DNA of 62,281 nucleotides, counting the filler. It is 4 parts of 4 records of this genome, joined end to end, with 100 filler letters (N's around TTAATTAATTAA, not from the genome) between each part and the next. Parts side by side here need not be neighbours in the genome. Positions count along the whole stretch, not along the records: positions 1 to 6,396 come from SRR20825019_2667; positions 6,497 to 13,634 come from SRR20825019_2669; 2 more parts are not named here. One strand, 5' to 3'. The notes below the pieces were generated by a model that ran no database searches, was not told the origin of the DNA, and saw nothing but the letters and a program-made list of their open reading frames with translations. How positions within the stretch are numbered: the stretch's first letter is position 1; every line of letters begins with the position of its first letter. Shown here piece by piece: positions 1-9,217 of this stretch. The translations under genes and the position numbers were made by a program.

Positions 1-467
1 TCGGGATAGATGAACAGCCATTTCCAATCCAGCGCCACCACCTGCACCTGCAAGGGCGTCACGTTTTCATCGACGGCCTTGGTGGCGGTAATGCGGGGCA
101 GGTCGCGGTAAGGATCCAGCCGGTGAGTCGCCACCCAGGTCAGACCGGCCAGGCAGATGATGATCGCCAGCGGCACCGACCAGACCACGATTTCAAGGCT
201 GACCGAATGGTCCCATTCGGGATCATAGGCCGCCTCTTCATTGTCTGCCCGATACCTGATCGCAAAGAACACCGTCAGTACCAGCACCGGAACAATCACG
301 ATCAACATCAGAACGGTCGCGTAAATGATCAGGTCAGCTTGCTGCGATGCAACATCTCCGGCGGGGTTCATTACAACCAGATTGCATCCTGAAAGTGCCA
401 GCGCGCCAAGCGCCAGCAAACCGAATCGACCAATCCTGCGGCTTGTTCTGGGTTGAAAGAAAGACAT
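1..467 (-). CDS. cyoA: Cytochrome o (bo3) ubiquinol oxidase subunit II, 3' end cut by window edge; absent from the ORF track
   Basis: Manual translation from ATG at 467: MSFFQPRTSRRIGRFGLLALGALALSGCNLVVMNPAG...YDPEWDHSVSLEIVVWSVP...THRLDPYR...VQVVALDWKWLFIYP. Lipobox LSGC and CyoA signature motifs. Confidence 0.95.
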   Translation of the reverse strand, partial: MSFFQPRTSRRIGRFGLLALGALALSGCNLVVMNPAGDVASQQADLIIYATVLMLIVIVPVLVLTVFFAIRYRADNEEAAYDPEWDHSVSLEIVVWSVPLAIIICLAGLTWVATHRLDPYRDLPRITATKAVDENVTPLQVQVVALDWKWLFIYP

Positions 468-550
468 CCAAGACCTCTTGTGTGTTTCTTTGGAGGGTGT
501 TCACCTGTGGCAGCTAAATAACACTCGGGGCTGATTTAGACAGCGCGATC

Positions 551-607
551 GCTGCGGTATTTTGGCACGTCTGCCGCGGGGCAGGCTGCGGTATTTTAGC
601 ACGCCTG
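551..607. promoter_or_regulatory. Tandem 23-bp direct repeat; putative RegA/RegR (PrrA) binding sites in the cyoA/MFS divergent promoter
   Basis: GCTGCGGTATTTTGGCACGTCTG (551-573) and GCTGCGGTATTTTAGCACGCCTG (585-607), 2 mismatches. The core GCGG-N-A-NN-TT-NN-CAC resembles the RegA-type consensus. Confidence 0.55.
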
Positions 608-674
608 TCGGAAATTGTGGTGATTTCTATCTTGGCCGCTATCCTAAGAATGACAGCGAAGAAGGGGTTAGGTC

Positions 675-1979
675 ATGGCGATCGGTAATGCGGCAGGCAC
701 GGACATTCGCAAATCGGGCGACGCCGATTCGAATGCAAGACAGACTGTGCAACTGGACGACGTTATCACGACGGTGGTGATGGCACGGGTGACCGATTAT
801 TTCGGGTTCTTCGTATTCGCCATCGCCTCGGCGCTCGTTTTTCCGAAGATTTTCTTTCCCTACCTTGAACCCGTCCCTGCAACACTGGCCTCGTTCGCGG
901 TGTTCTCGCTGGCCTTTCTGGCCCGTCCCGTGGCCAGCCTGATCGGCCGCAGGCTCGAGCCGCGTATCGGAAAGCCCGGGAAAATCACGGTGGCGCTGAT
1001 GCTGCTGGGGACCTCGACCGTCGCAATCGGGTTGCTGCCCGGATACGACCGGATCGGCTGGGTTGCCCCTGCGCTGCTGGCGGTCTTGCGCATTGTTCAG
1101 GGTCTGGGCCTGGGCGGCGCCTGGGACGGCATGACACTTCAGCTCAAGTCCGCCGCCCCAAAGGAGCGTGACGGCCTGTACAGTATGGTGCCGCAACTGG
1201 GTGGACCCATCGGATTCTGTGTCGCCGCCGCGATGTTCTATGTGTTGACCGGTTTCCTGACCGAAGAGGAATTCTATCAATACGGCTGGCGGTTTGCCTT
1301 TTTCGCCGTGATGGCGGTCAACGTGGTGTCCTTGTTCGCGCGCCTGCGGTTGCTGACCACGAATTTCGGATCGGACGAAGCCACGATGATGAAATCCGCC
1401 CCGCTGGGCTTTCTGCTGCGGACACAATGGCGCGAGATTCTGCTGTCGGCGTTCCTGCCGCTGTCCAGCTATGCGCTGCTGCACATGCTGACGGTTTTCC
1501 CGATCAGCTATACGCTGCTGTTCACAGACAACGCCATCGACCGGATCATCCTGTGGCAACTGGTTGGCGGCGCGCTGGCGGTCGGAACGGTGATTTTGTC
1601 GGGGATGCTGGCCGACCGGTATTCGAAACGCGCCGTGATCATCGGGTCCAGCGTGCTGACGCTGCTGTTGTGTCTCAGCATCGGAACGCTGAACGACAAT
1701 CCGTCCGTCTATATCGTCGCCGGCTTCATCATCTTTGGTCTGTCCTACGGCCAATCCAGCGCAATCGTGCCCGACCGGTTTTCCCCCGATTGCCGCTATT
1801 CCGGCTCGGCGCTGGCCACGAACCTGTCCTGGATCTTTGGCGCGGCATTCGCGCCGCTGGTGGGGCTGTTCCTGGCCAGCACCTTCGGACTTTGGGCGGC
1901 GGCGCTCTACCTTGTTTCGGGCGTGGTCGTGACGCTGGTGGCGCTTTTCATTCTGCGGAGTCAGTTCGACAAGATCTGA
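675..1979 (+). CDS. MFS transporter, metabolite:H+ symporter (MHS) family
   Basis: About 12 hydrophobic segments; FLARP, GLLPGY..IG, LRIVQGLGLGG and YGWRFAF motifs; divergent from cyoA. Confidence 0.9.
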   Translation: MAIGNAAGTDIRKSGDADSNARQTVQLDDVITTVVMARVTDYFGFFVFAIASALVFPKIFFPYLEPVPATLASFAVFSLAFLARPVASLIGRRLEPRIGKPGKITVALMLLGTSTVAIGLLPGYDRIGWVAPALLAVLRIVQGLGLGGAWDGMTLQLKSAAPKERDGLYSMVPQLGGPIGFCVAAAMFYVLTGFLTEEEFYQYGWRFAFFAVMAVNVVSLFARLRLLTTNFGSDEATMMKSAPLGFLLRTQWREILLSAFLPLSSYALLHMLTVFPISYTLLFTDNAIDRIILWQLVGGALAVGTVILSGMLADRYSKRAVIIGSSVLTLLLCLSIGTLNDNPSVYIVAGFIIFGLSYGQSSAIVPDRFSPDCRYSGSALATNLSWIFGAAFAPLVGLFLASTFGLWAAALYLVSGVVVTLVALFILRSQFDKI

Positions 1980-2048
1980 ACCGTTTCGTCTGACGACATC
2001 GGCATAAGCAACGTACGGCCGCATCTTGTGCGGCCGTATTGATTGCAT

Positions 2049-2077
2049 TTGACGGTCCCGTTCAAACACCCTATCCC
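2049..2077 (+). promoter_or_regulatory. Putative sigma70 promoter of the thi operon
   Basis: TTGACG-N17-TATCCC immediately upstream of the TPP riboswitch. Confidence 0.45.
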
Positions 2078-2082
2078 TCTGC

Positions 2083-2153
2083 GTACCAGGGGCGCTGCAA
2101 AGCTGAGACGTACCCTTTGAACCTGACCCAGATAATGCTGGCGTAGGGAGGTC
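2083..2153 (+). ncRNA. TPP riboswitch (THI element)
   Basis: CCAGGGG...GCTGAGA...ACCCTTTGAACCTGA-CCCAGATAATGCTGGCGTAGGGA signature upstream of thiamine genes. Confidence 0.95.
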
Positions 2154-2213
2154 GTATGTTCCGCTTTTCCGCGTGCCATTCCTCCCTTTTTGCCTGCGCG
2201 AAAAGGAGAGACC

Positions 2214-2987
2214 ATGACCCCCCAAGACATTCTGACAGCCTTGCGTGACCAGAATCCGTTGGTCCACTGCATCACCAATTACGTGGCGATGAACATTGCC
2301 GCCAACGTGGTGCTGGCAGCGGGTGCATCGCCTGCGATGGTCCATGCGCCTGAGGAAATCCCTGAATTCACGCCGATTTGCGGGGCTTTGACGATCAACA
2401 TCGGCACATTGTCGTCCTCGTGGCTGGCCAGCATGACCACCGCCGCGACCCTTGCGGGCACGCATGACATCCCGTGGGTGTTCGATCCGGTGGCGCATTT
2501 CGTCTCGGAGTATCGCAAGCGCGCGGCACAGGACCTGTTGGCACTGCGCCCGACGGTGATACGCGGGAATGCATCGGAAATACTGGCCCTTGCAGGCGAG
2601 GCAGGCGCCGGCAAAGGGGCCGACAGCGGGGACAGCGTGGAGGCCGCACAATCGGCGGCAAACACGCTTGCGTCCAAATGGGGGGCGGTCGTCGCGGTCA
2701 CCGGACCCGTCGATTACGTGACCGATGGCACGCGGGATGCCCATGTCTCGGGCGGCTCGCCACTGATGCCCAAGATCACGGCGCTGGGATGCTCGCAGAC
2801 AGCCCTCATGGGGGGCTATTGCGCGTCCGGTCCCGCGTTCGAGGCGACCCTTGCCGCGCTCGCGCATTTCAAGGTGGCAGGCACCGCAGCGGCAAAGCAG
2901 GCGAAGGGCCCCGGCAGCTTCCAGATGCATTTCCTGGATGCCTTGACGGCGACTCAGCCGCAGGACCTTGGTCAGGTCATCGCGTGA
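2214..2987 (+). CDS. thiM: Hydroxyethylthiazole kinase
   Basis: PLVHCITNYV, ALTINIGTL, IRGNASEI and GPGSF motifs; GGAGAG RBS before ATG 2214. Confidence 0.95.
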   Translation: MTPQDILTALRDQNPLVHCITNYVAMNIAANVVLAAGASPAMVHAPEEIPEFTPICGALTINIGTLSSSWLASMTTAATLAGTHDIPWVFDPVAHFVSEYRKRAAQDLLALRPTVIRGNASEILALAGEAGAGKGADSGDSVEAAQSAANTLASKWGAVVAVTGPVDYVTDGTRDAHVSGGSPLMPKITALGCSQTALMGGYCASGPAFEATLAALAHFKVAGTAAAKQAKGPGSFQMHFLDALTATQPQDLGQVIA

Positions 2988-3628
2988 TGGCCTTTCACCG
3001 GAAACACCTGCGCCTGTATCTGGTGACCGACCGGGACCTGTGCGCAAAACTGGGTCTGGTCGAAACGGTGATGCAGGCCGTGGCGGGCGGGGTCACGATG
3101 GTGCAACTGCGCGACAAAACCGCGACCACGGCGCAACGTACAGAGCTGGCGATTGCGCTCAGACATGGCCTGCGCGGTACGGATGTGCCTTTGGTCATCA
3201 ACGACGATATCGACGCGGCCGTCGCCGCAGATGCCGATGGGGCGCATATCGGCCAGGGGGACATCGACCCCGCACAGGCGCGCGCGTTGCTTGGGCGGGA
3301 CAAGATCCTTGGCCTGTCCTGCGAAAGCGTGGAAATGGTCAAGGCCGCCGATGCGGCCTTGGTGGATTATCTCGGGCTGGGGCCGGTGTTTGGCACCGCG
3401 ACCAAAGCCGATCACGCGCAGCCTGTCGGGTTTGACGGGCTGGCACGGATGGTGGCCGCGTCCCGTCTGCCCACCGTCGCAATTGGTGGCCTGAAATCCG
3501 ACCATATTGACAGCGTCCGGGCGACCAACGCTGACGGCATGGCCGTCGTTTCGGCCATTTGCGGACAGTCTGATCCTTGTGCCGCCGCCCGCGCTTTTGC
3601 CCATGCCCCGTCGGAGTATGCCCGATGA
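2987..3628 (+). CDS. thiE: Thiamine-phosphate synthase
   Basis: LYLVTD, VQLRDK, INDD, GAHIGQGD, T.TK and VAIGG motifs; TGATG overlap with thiM. Confidence 0.95.
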   Translation: MAFHRKHLRLYLVTDRDLCAKLGLVETVMQAVAGGVTMVQLRDKTATTAQRTELAIALRHGLRGTDVPLVINDDIDAAVAADADGAHIGQGDIDPAQARALLGRDKILGLSCESVEMVKAADAALVDYLGLGPVFGTATKADHAQPVGFDGLARMVAASRLPTVAIGGLKSDHIDSVRATNADGMAVVSAICGQSDPCAAARAFAHAPSEYAR

Positions 3629-4437
3629 TCCCCAATGTCCTGAGCATCGCCGGCTCCGATCCCTCAGGCGGGGCGGGCATTCAGGCCGATATCAAGGCGA
3701 TTTCGGCAAACGGTGCCTTTGCGATGGCGGCCCTCACCGCATTGACCGCGCAGAACACCCAAGGTGTCAGCGATATTCATTTTGTTCCTCCGGCCTTCGT
3801 GCAAAGCCAGATCGAGGCCATCTTTGCCGACATCCGTGTTGATGCGGTCAAGATCGGTATGATCGCGACAGCCGAAGTCTCGGATGCCATTGCGCGGTCA
3901 TTGTCGGGGCACGTGGCCATTCCCGTTGTGCTGGACCCGGTGATGATCGCCAAGGGCGGTGCGTCCCTGCTGCAAGAGGACGCCGTTGCGGCACTGCGAA
4001 CCCTGCTTTTGCCACTGGCGACGGTGCTGACGCCGAACCTGCCCGAGGCTGCGCAACTTCTGGGTGTCCGGGTCGCAGTCACCCGTGACGAAATGGTGGA
4101 GCAGGGTCAGGCCCTGTGCGCGCTGGGTCCGCAAGCGGTCCTGATGAAAGGCGGCCATCTGGATGGCGAGACCTGCCCCGATTGTCTGGTCACAGCGCAG
4201 GATGCGATCTGGTTCGAGGCTCCGCGCATCCGAACCGCCAACACCCATGGCACGGGTTGCACCCTGTCCTCTGCTCTCGCGGCGCAACTGGCTAAAGGGC
4301 TTGCGCCCGCCGCCGCCGCTGCTGCCGCGAAATCCTATGTCTCGAACGCTGTTGCCCAGGCGGGCGATTTGTCCGTGGGAAGGGGTCACGGCCCGACCCA
4401 CCATTTCGCCAGCTTTTATGCCAATTCAAAAGGATGA
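3625..4437 (+). CDS. thiD: HMP/HMP-P kinase
   Basis: IAGSDPSGGAGIQADIK, TAQNT, DPVM, TPNLPEA and THGTGCTLSSA motifs; ATGA overlap. Confidence 0.95.
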   Translation: MIPNVLSIAGSDPSGGAGIQADIKAISANGAFAMAALTALTAQNTQGVSDIHFVPPAFVQSQIEAIFADIRVDAVKIGMIATAEVSDAIARSLSGHVAIPVVLDPVMIAKGGASLLQEDAVAALRTLLLPLATVLTPNLPEAAQLLGVRVAVTRDEMVEQGQALCALGPQAVLMKGGHLDGETCPDCLVTAQDAIWFEAPRIRTANTHGTGCTLSSALAAQLAKGLAPAAAAAAAKSYVSNAVAQAGDLSVGRGHGPTHHFASFYANSKG

Positions 4438-4441
4438 TCCG

Positions 4442-5380
4442 ATGAGATCCGTTATTTTTGCAAGCGCCCTTTCGCTGTGCGCCGCCCCGCTTTTCGCGCA
4501 GGATCATGTCACCCTGCTGCTCGACTGGTTTGTGAACCCCGACCACGGGCCGGTTATCATTGCGCAGGAAAAGGGCTTTTTTGCCGAACAGAACCTTGAG
4601 GTCGAGGTGATCGCGCCCGCCGATCCCGCCGCACCGCCAAAAATGGTTGCCGCAGGTCAGGCCGATCTGGCGATTTCCTACCAGCCGCAGTTGCATCTGC
4701 AAATTCACGAAGGCCTGCCGCTTCAGCGCGTCGGCACGCTGGTGGCCACGCCGCTCAATTGTCTCTTGGTGCTCAAGGACGGGCCGATTGCCACTCCTGC
4801 TGATCTGAAGGGGCGCAAGGTCGGCTATTCCGTCGGCGGCGTCGAGGAGGCGATGTTGGGGCAGATTCTGAAGACGCACGGGCTGTCGTCCAGCGACATC
4901 GAGTTGATCAACGTCAACTGGTCGATGTCCCCCTCGCTGATGTCGGGGCAGGTCGACGCCGTGATCGGTGCCTTTCGCAATTTCGAATTGAACCAGATGG
5001 AGATCGAAGGCGTGCCGGGCCGCTGCTTTTTCGTCGAGGAAGAAGGCCTGCCGTCCTACGACGAACTGATCTACGTGGCGAACAGGGACACGATGGATGT
5101 TGATATGATCCAGCGGTTCCTTGCGGCCACGGAAAAGGCGACCCAATACATCATCAACCACCCCGACGAAAGTTGGGAGGTGTTTGCAGGCACGGCGCCC
5201 GAGTTGAACGACGCGCTGAATGCAGCGGCGTGGACGGATACCGTGCTCCGCTTTGCCCTGCGGCCTGCCGCGATGGATGCCGGTCGCTATGCCAGGTTCG
5301 AGACGTTCCTAAACGACGCGGGCCTGACCGATGCGATCGTGCCGGTCGGCACCATCGCCATTGACGTGACCGCACCATGA
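4442..5380 (+). CDS. thiY: ABC substrate-binding protein for a thiamine pyrimidine precursor (NMT1/THI5, ThiY-like)
   Basis: Signal peptide; LLDWFVNPDH, ISYQP and GAFRNFE motifs; inside the thi operon. Confidence 0.85.
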   Translation: MRSVIFASALSLCAAPLFAQDHVTLLLDWFVNPDHGPVIIAQEKGFFAEQNLEVEVIAPADPAAPPKMVAAGQADLAISYQPQLHLQIHEGLPLQRVGTLVATPLNCLLVLKDGPIATPADLKGRKVGYSVGGVEEAMLGQILKTHGLSSSDIELINVNWSMSPSLMSGQVDAVIGAFRNFELNQMEIEGVPGRCFFVEEEGLPSYDELIYVANRDTMDVDMIQRFLAATEKATQYIINHPDESWEVFAGTAPELNDALNAAAWTDTVLRFALRPAAMDAGRYARFETFLNDAGLTDAIVPVGTIAIDVTAP

Positions 5381-6063
5381 CCGGCCTGTCTTACGGGACC
5401 GCCTTTGCGCATTGGCGGGAGGGGTGTGGCGACGGGTGGCGGGCCTATACGCATCATGCCTTTGTCGAGGGGCTGGGGCACGGTTCCCTGCCGCGGGCGG
5501 CGTTCCTGCATTATCTTGTACAGGATTACCTGTTTTTGGTACATTTTGCCCGGGCCTGGTCGCTTGGCGTGGTCAAGGCCGGGACGCTGGACGAAATGAA
5601 AACCTGCGCCGGTACGGTCGATGCGCTGGTCAATCACGAGATGTCCTTGCACGTCAAAATCTGCGCCGAGGCCGGAATCGACGAGGCCACGCTGTTTGCC
5701 GCAACCGAAGAGATCGAGAACGTCGCCTATACGCGCTATGTGATGGACGCAGGGCTGCAAGGGGACTTCCTGGACCTGATGGCCACCCTTGCCCCTTGCT
5801 GTTTCGGCTATGGCGAGATCGGAGCGCGGCTGGCTGGTTCTGCCGATGCGCATACCCCCTATCGGGACTGGATCGAAACCTATGCCGATGAGGACTATCA
5901 GGGTGTCATGGCCTCTGTCGGACAGATGATAGACGGGGCGGTCATGCGCCGTCTGGGGCCTGATTTTGCCACCTCCGCGCGCTGGCCCGCGTTGCAGGAC
6001 CGCTTTGCCACCGCAACCCGTCTGGAAGTCGCCTTCTGGGACATGGGATTGCGCGGGGCGTGA
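5377..6063 (+). CDS. tenA: Thiaminase II / aminopyrimidine aminohydrolase
   Basis: H.FV, YLVQDYLFL, YTRY, PC..GY (catalytic Cys), Y..WI..Y and LE..FW motifs. Confidence 0.9.
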   Translation: MTGLSYGTAFAHWREGCGDGWRAYTHHAFVEGLGHGSLPRAAFLHYLVQDYLFLVHFARAWSLGVVKAGTLDEMKTCAGTVDALVNHEMSLHVKICAEAGIDEATLFAATEEIENVAYTRYVMDAGLQGDFLDLMATLAPCCFGYGEIGARLAGSADAHTPYRDWIETYADEDYQGVMASVGQMIDGAVMRRLGPDFATSARWPALQDRFATATRLEVAFWDMGLRGA

Positions 6064-6396
6064 TGCAGGCCCCCGCGATACAGCTTTGCGGGTCCTATCA
6101 TATCGACGGCACCTGCCTGTTTGCGCCCATTGATATGACCTTGCCCGCCGGGGAATGGACCTGTGTTCTGGGCCGGTCGGGCGTGGGCAAATCCACGATC
6201 CTGCGGCTGATCGCCGGTGTGCGCTGTGCGGGCGATTTTCAGGGGGAAATCACTGCCTCGGACGGGTTGCCGCTGGTGGGGCGCGTCAGCGTGATGGCGC
6301 AATCGGATTTGCTGTTGCCATGGCTTAGCGTTCTGGAAAACACGGTGCTGGGCGCGCGATTGCGCGGCGAGGTGCCAGATTTGCAAAAGGCCGGCA
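6063..6396 (+). CDS. ABC ATP-binding protein (ThiZ-like), truncated by linker
   Basis: Walker A GRSGVGKST; Q-loop region MAQSDLLLPW. Confidence 0.85.
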
Positions 6397-6496
6397 NNNN
6401 NNNNNNNNNNNNNNNNNNNNNNNNNNNNNNNNNNNNNNNNTTAATTAATTAANNNNNNNNNNNNNNNNNNNNNNNNNNNNNNNNNNNNNNNNNNNN
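6397..6496. other. Artificial contig linker
   Basis: N44-TTAATTAATTAA-N44; the core puts stop codons in all six frames. Confidence 0.99.
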
Positions 6497-6594
6497 GGTG
6501 TTCAACCTTGAAAAAGTTGTGTTTTTTGATCCCGAAAGCGGCATAAGACTGCGCTAGGTCCTGACCCTGGAATACCCCACGGAGGCTTTGACAA

Positions 6595-7641
6595 CTGTCT
6601 GATCACGATCTTGCCGGGAATGCGGGGCGGCCTGCCGCCCAAACCCGGCCGACCCTTAAAACCATTGCGGAAATGACTGGCCTTGGTGTGACAACGGTGT
6701 CGCGCGCGCTTAAGGATGCGCATGATATCAGTGCGAAAACCAAGCTGCGTGTGCGCAAGGTGGCGGATGCCATCGGCTATCACCCGGACCGGGCCGGGGT
6801 GCGTTTGCGGACGGGAAAAACCAATGTTATCAGCCTGATCCTTGATCAGACCGACAAGGTGCCGGAATTTGCCAGACGTCTGATTGTTGGCATTTCCGAT
6901 GTCATCCGCGGTACACCCTATCACCTTGTCGTCACACCACAATCACGCAGTGATGATCCGATGGACCCGGTGCGATATGTGTTAAATACCCGTGCCGCCG
7001 ACGGGGTGATCATCACCCATATCAGGCCCGATGACGAGAGGGTGCAGGCGCTGAGCCAAAGCGGGCTGCCGTTTGTGGCGCACGGGCGGTGCCTTTCGGC
7101 ACCCGATCATGCCTATCACGATTTTGATAACCGGGCGTTTTGCGAGATGGCGGCAAGGCGTCTGATTGCGCGGGGGCGCAGGCGGCTGGCATTGCTTTCG
7201 CCGCCGTCGGAGTTTTCATATTATCAGGAAACGCTGGCGGGGCTTGCGGCGGTGGCGGAGGCAGAAAATGTGCCTTTTCAGGTGCTTGGCGGGATTGACC
7301 TTGATAGCAGCAGCGAGGTTTTGCGTCAGGCCGGCATGGCATTGCGCCATCAGGATTATGTGCCCGACGGGGTGATTTGTGGTAGCGAACTGTGCGCGAT
7401 GGCGCTGATTGACGGCATGATCCAGTCGGGGATGAATGTCGGGCGGGACATTGATGTGATCGCCAAGGAAACGTCGGATTTGCTGAACTTTACCCGGCCC
7501 CGGATCGATAGCCTGCGCGAGGATCTGATCGTTGCGGGGCAGCAATTGGCGACCCATCTGCTGGACGTGATCGAGGGGCGGGAGGATGCAAATCTGCAAT
7601 CGCTAAGCGCGCCGATCCCGGTCTGGCGCAACGATATTTAA
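6595..7641 (+). CDS. LacI-family transcriptional regulator (probable CTG start)
   Basis: HTH PTLKTIAEMTGLGVTTVSRAL begins upstream of the ORF-track ATG (6673). In-frame TGA at 6589; GGAGG at 6581-6585; CTG at 6595. Confidence 0.9.
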   Translation: MSDHDLAGNAGRPAAQTRPTLKTIAEMTGLGVTTVSRALKDAHDISAKTKLRVRKVADAIGYHPDRAGVRLRTGKTNVISLILDQTDKVPEFARRLIVGISDVIRGTPYHLVVTPQSRSDDPMDPVRYVLNTRAADGVIITHIRPDDERVQALSQSGLPFVAHGRCLSAPDHAYHDFDNRAFCEMAARRLIARGRRRLALLSPPSEFSYYQETLAGLAAVAEAENVPFQVLGGIDLDSSSEVLRQAGMALRHQDYVPDGVICGSELCAMALIDGMIQSGMNVGRDIDVIAKETSDLLNFTRPRIDSLREDLIVAGQQLATHLLDVIEGREDANLQSLSAPIPVWRNDI

Positions 7642-8088
7642 GCAGCCGGTTTCCCTGATTTATTATTCACTTAAAATGAAAAATACAGTCGATTATTCAT
7701 TTTTGGTTGTTAATCACTTTTCGGGCGTGAATCATTGGTCCGGCGAAGCGTGAAAACAGCGTTTTTATTTGTATGAGGAATTGATTTTCAAAACCGGCAT
7801 TTCAGGCAGGTTTTGAGCCCCGGCCTGCCAGATAAATCGTGGAAATCCGCCATTAATGTTATTTGTATGAGGATTTATTCGGGGTGCTTTGCGGGCAGGG
7901 CATGTGGCGTCGGGCAGCGTTACCTTTTTTGGTGGGTTGAGGTGTTGTTGGTGGCCCGAGGTCAGGCGGACAAAGATGGGGGCGAGCGGGCAAGGGGGAG
8001 AAGTGCGTTTTGCACCCATGAAAGCTGTTTAACGCGGTCGCGTGCGTATGGTCTGCATCTTTACCCGAGATAGATGGCGGCAGCGAGT

Positions 8089-8119
8089 GCGGGCAAGGTT
8101 ATCGAGATGTCTTGCCCGC
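8089..8119. terminator. Hairpin downstream of idnD
   Basis: GCGGGCAAG-N13-CTTGCCCGC inverted repeat. Confidence 0.45.
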
Positions 8120-8168
8120 CCCGGTGATCCGCGCGGCGATAGGGGCGCGCGGACGAATAGGTCAGCCG

Positions 8169-9206
8169 TCAGCCGAAATCCAGTTGTACTTTCATGGATT
8201 GGCTGCGATCCGAGGCAAGGTCGAAGGCGGTTCGGGCATCCCGGAAGGACAGGACCGAGCTGATGATCGGTGAAACGTCAATGACCTTGCGGTCAATCAG
8301 TTCTGCGGCCTGGGCAAATTCCGCATCAAAGCGGAAGCTTCCGATCATTCTGACTTCTTTGGTGACGGCGAGACTGAGCGGGAGTTCGCCATTGCCACCA
8401 AGGCCGACCGTGATGATGGTGCCGCCCGGTTTGACCGCATCGAATGCATTGGCAAGCGCCTGCGGACTGCCGGAGCATTCAAAGACCACATCCTGAGTGC
8501 CCTTGTTCATGCCAAGCGTTTTGAAGTCATCGGCATTGCGGGCAACATCGATGCAGCTATTGGCACCTGCCTGTGATGCAACATCCAAAGCGGCCTTTGA
8601 CAGATCGGTCGCGGTAATCCAGTGCGCCCCGGAATGGGCGGCGGCCAGAATGGTCAGGCAGCCGATGGGACCGCAACCGGAAACGAGGACCTTTTTCCCC
8701 GACAGCGCCCCGGCCTGACGCACCGCATGCAGGCAGACGGCCAAGGGTTCGCTGCAAGCGGCGTGTTCCATATTGATGTCTGCGGAGAGCTTGACCAACT
8801 GTTCCGCGGGCAGGTTGATCTGCTGTCGGAACAGGCCCTGTTGATGGGGAAAGCGCATTGCGCTGCCAAAGAAACGCATGTCGGTGCATTGGTTGCGCAT
8901 GTTCGCGCGGCAATACTGGCACTGGTTGCATGGCATGGAAGGATTGACCGCGACCCTGTCATTAACGGCAAGGCCGGTCACGTTTTGGCCAACGGCAATG
9001 ATCGTACCGGCGACTTCATGCCCGAGAACCATCGGTTCGCGGATTTTAACCGTGCCAAAACCGCCGTTATGGTAGTAGTGCAGGTCCGAGCCGCAGATGC
9101 CGCCCTTGTCGATCTGAACGGTTATCGTGCCCGGTTCCGGTGCGCCGGGCTGGTCGATCTGATCGACACGCAGGTCATGGGGTGAATGTATGACAACAGA
9201 GTACAT
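8169..9206 (-). CDS. idnD: L-idonate 5-dehydrogenase-like Zn-dependent dehydrogenase
   Basis: GICGSDLHYY, GHE, CxxCxxC, FFGSAMRFPH and GSFRF motifs; adjacent to idnO. Confidence 0.85.
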   Translation of the reverse strand: MYSVVIHSPHDLRVDQIDQPGAPEPGTITVQIDKGGICGSDLHYYHNGGFGTVKIREPMVLGHEVAGTIIAVGQNVTGLAVNDRVAVNPSMPCNQCQYCRANMRNQCTDMRFFGSAMRFPHQQGLFRQQINLPAEQLVKLSADINMEHAACSEPLAVCLHAVRQAGALSGKKVLVSGCGPIGCLTILAAAHSGAHWITATDLSKAALDVASQAGANSCIDVARNADDFKTLGMNKGTQDVVFECSGSPQALANAFDAVKPGGTIITVGLGGNGELPLSLAVTKEVRMIGSFRFDAEFAQAAELIDRKVIDVSPIISSVLSFRDARTAFDLASDRSQSMKVQLDFG

Positions 9207-9217
9207 GTAAGATCACC

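Noticed and set aside
563-577. TGGCAC-N5-CCGC as a sigma54 promoter
   Set aside because: The -12 element lacks TTGC, and the sequence is better explained as part of the direct repeat.
639-3047. 802-aa minus-strand ORF and other long antisense ORFs (16534-18060, 20485-21759, 22839-24410, 35644-36819, 43344-45047, 60981-62078)
   Set aside because: Shadow frames of well-supported genes in high-GC DNA; Arg/Gly/His-rich with no family motifs.
6441-6452. TTAATTAATTAA palindrome repeated three times
   Set aside because: Assembly linker flanked by Ns, not biological; ORFs ending in X...LIN are artefacts.
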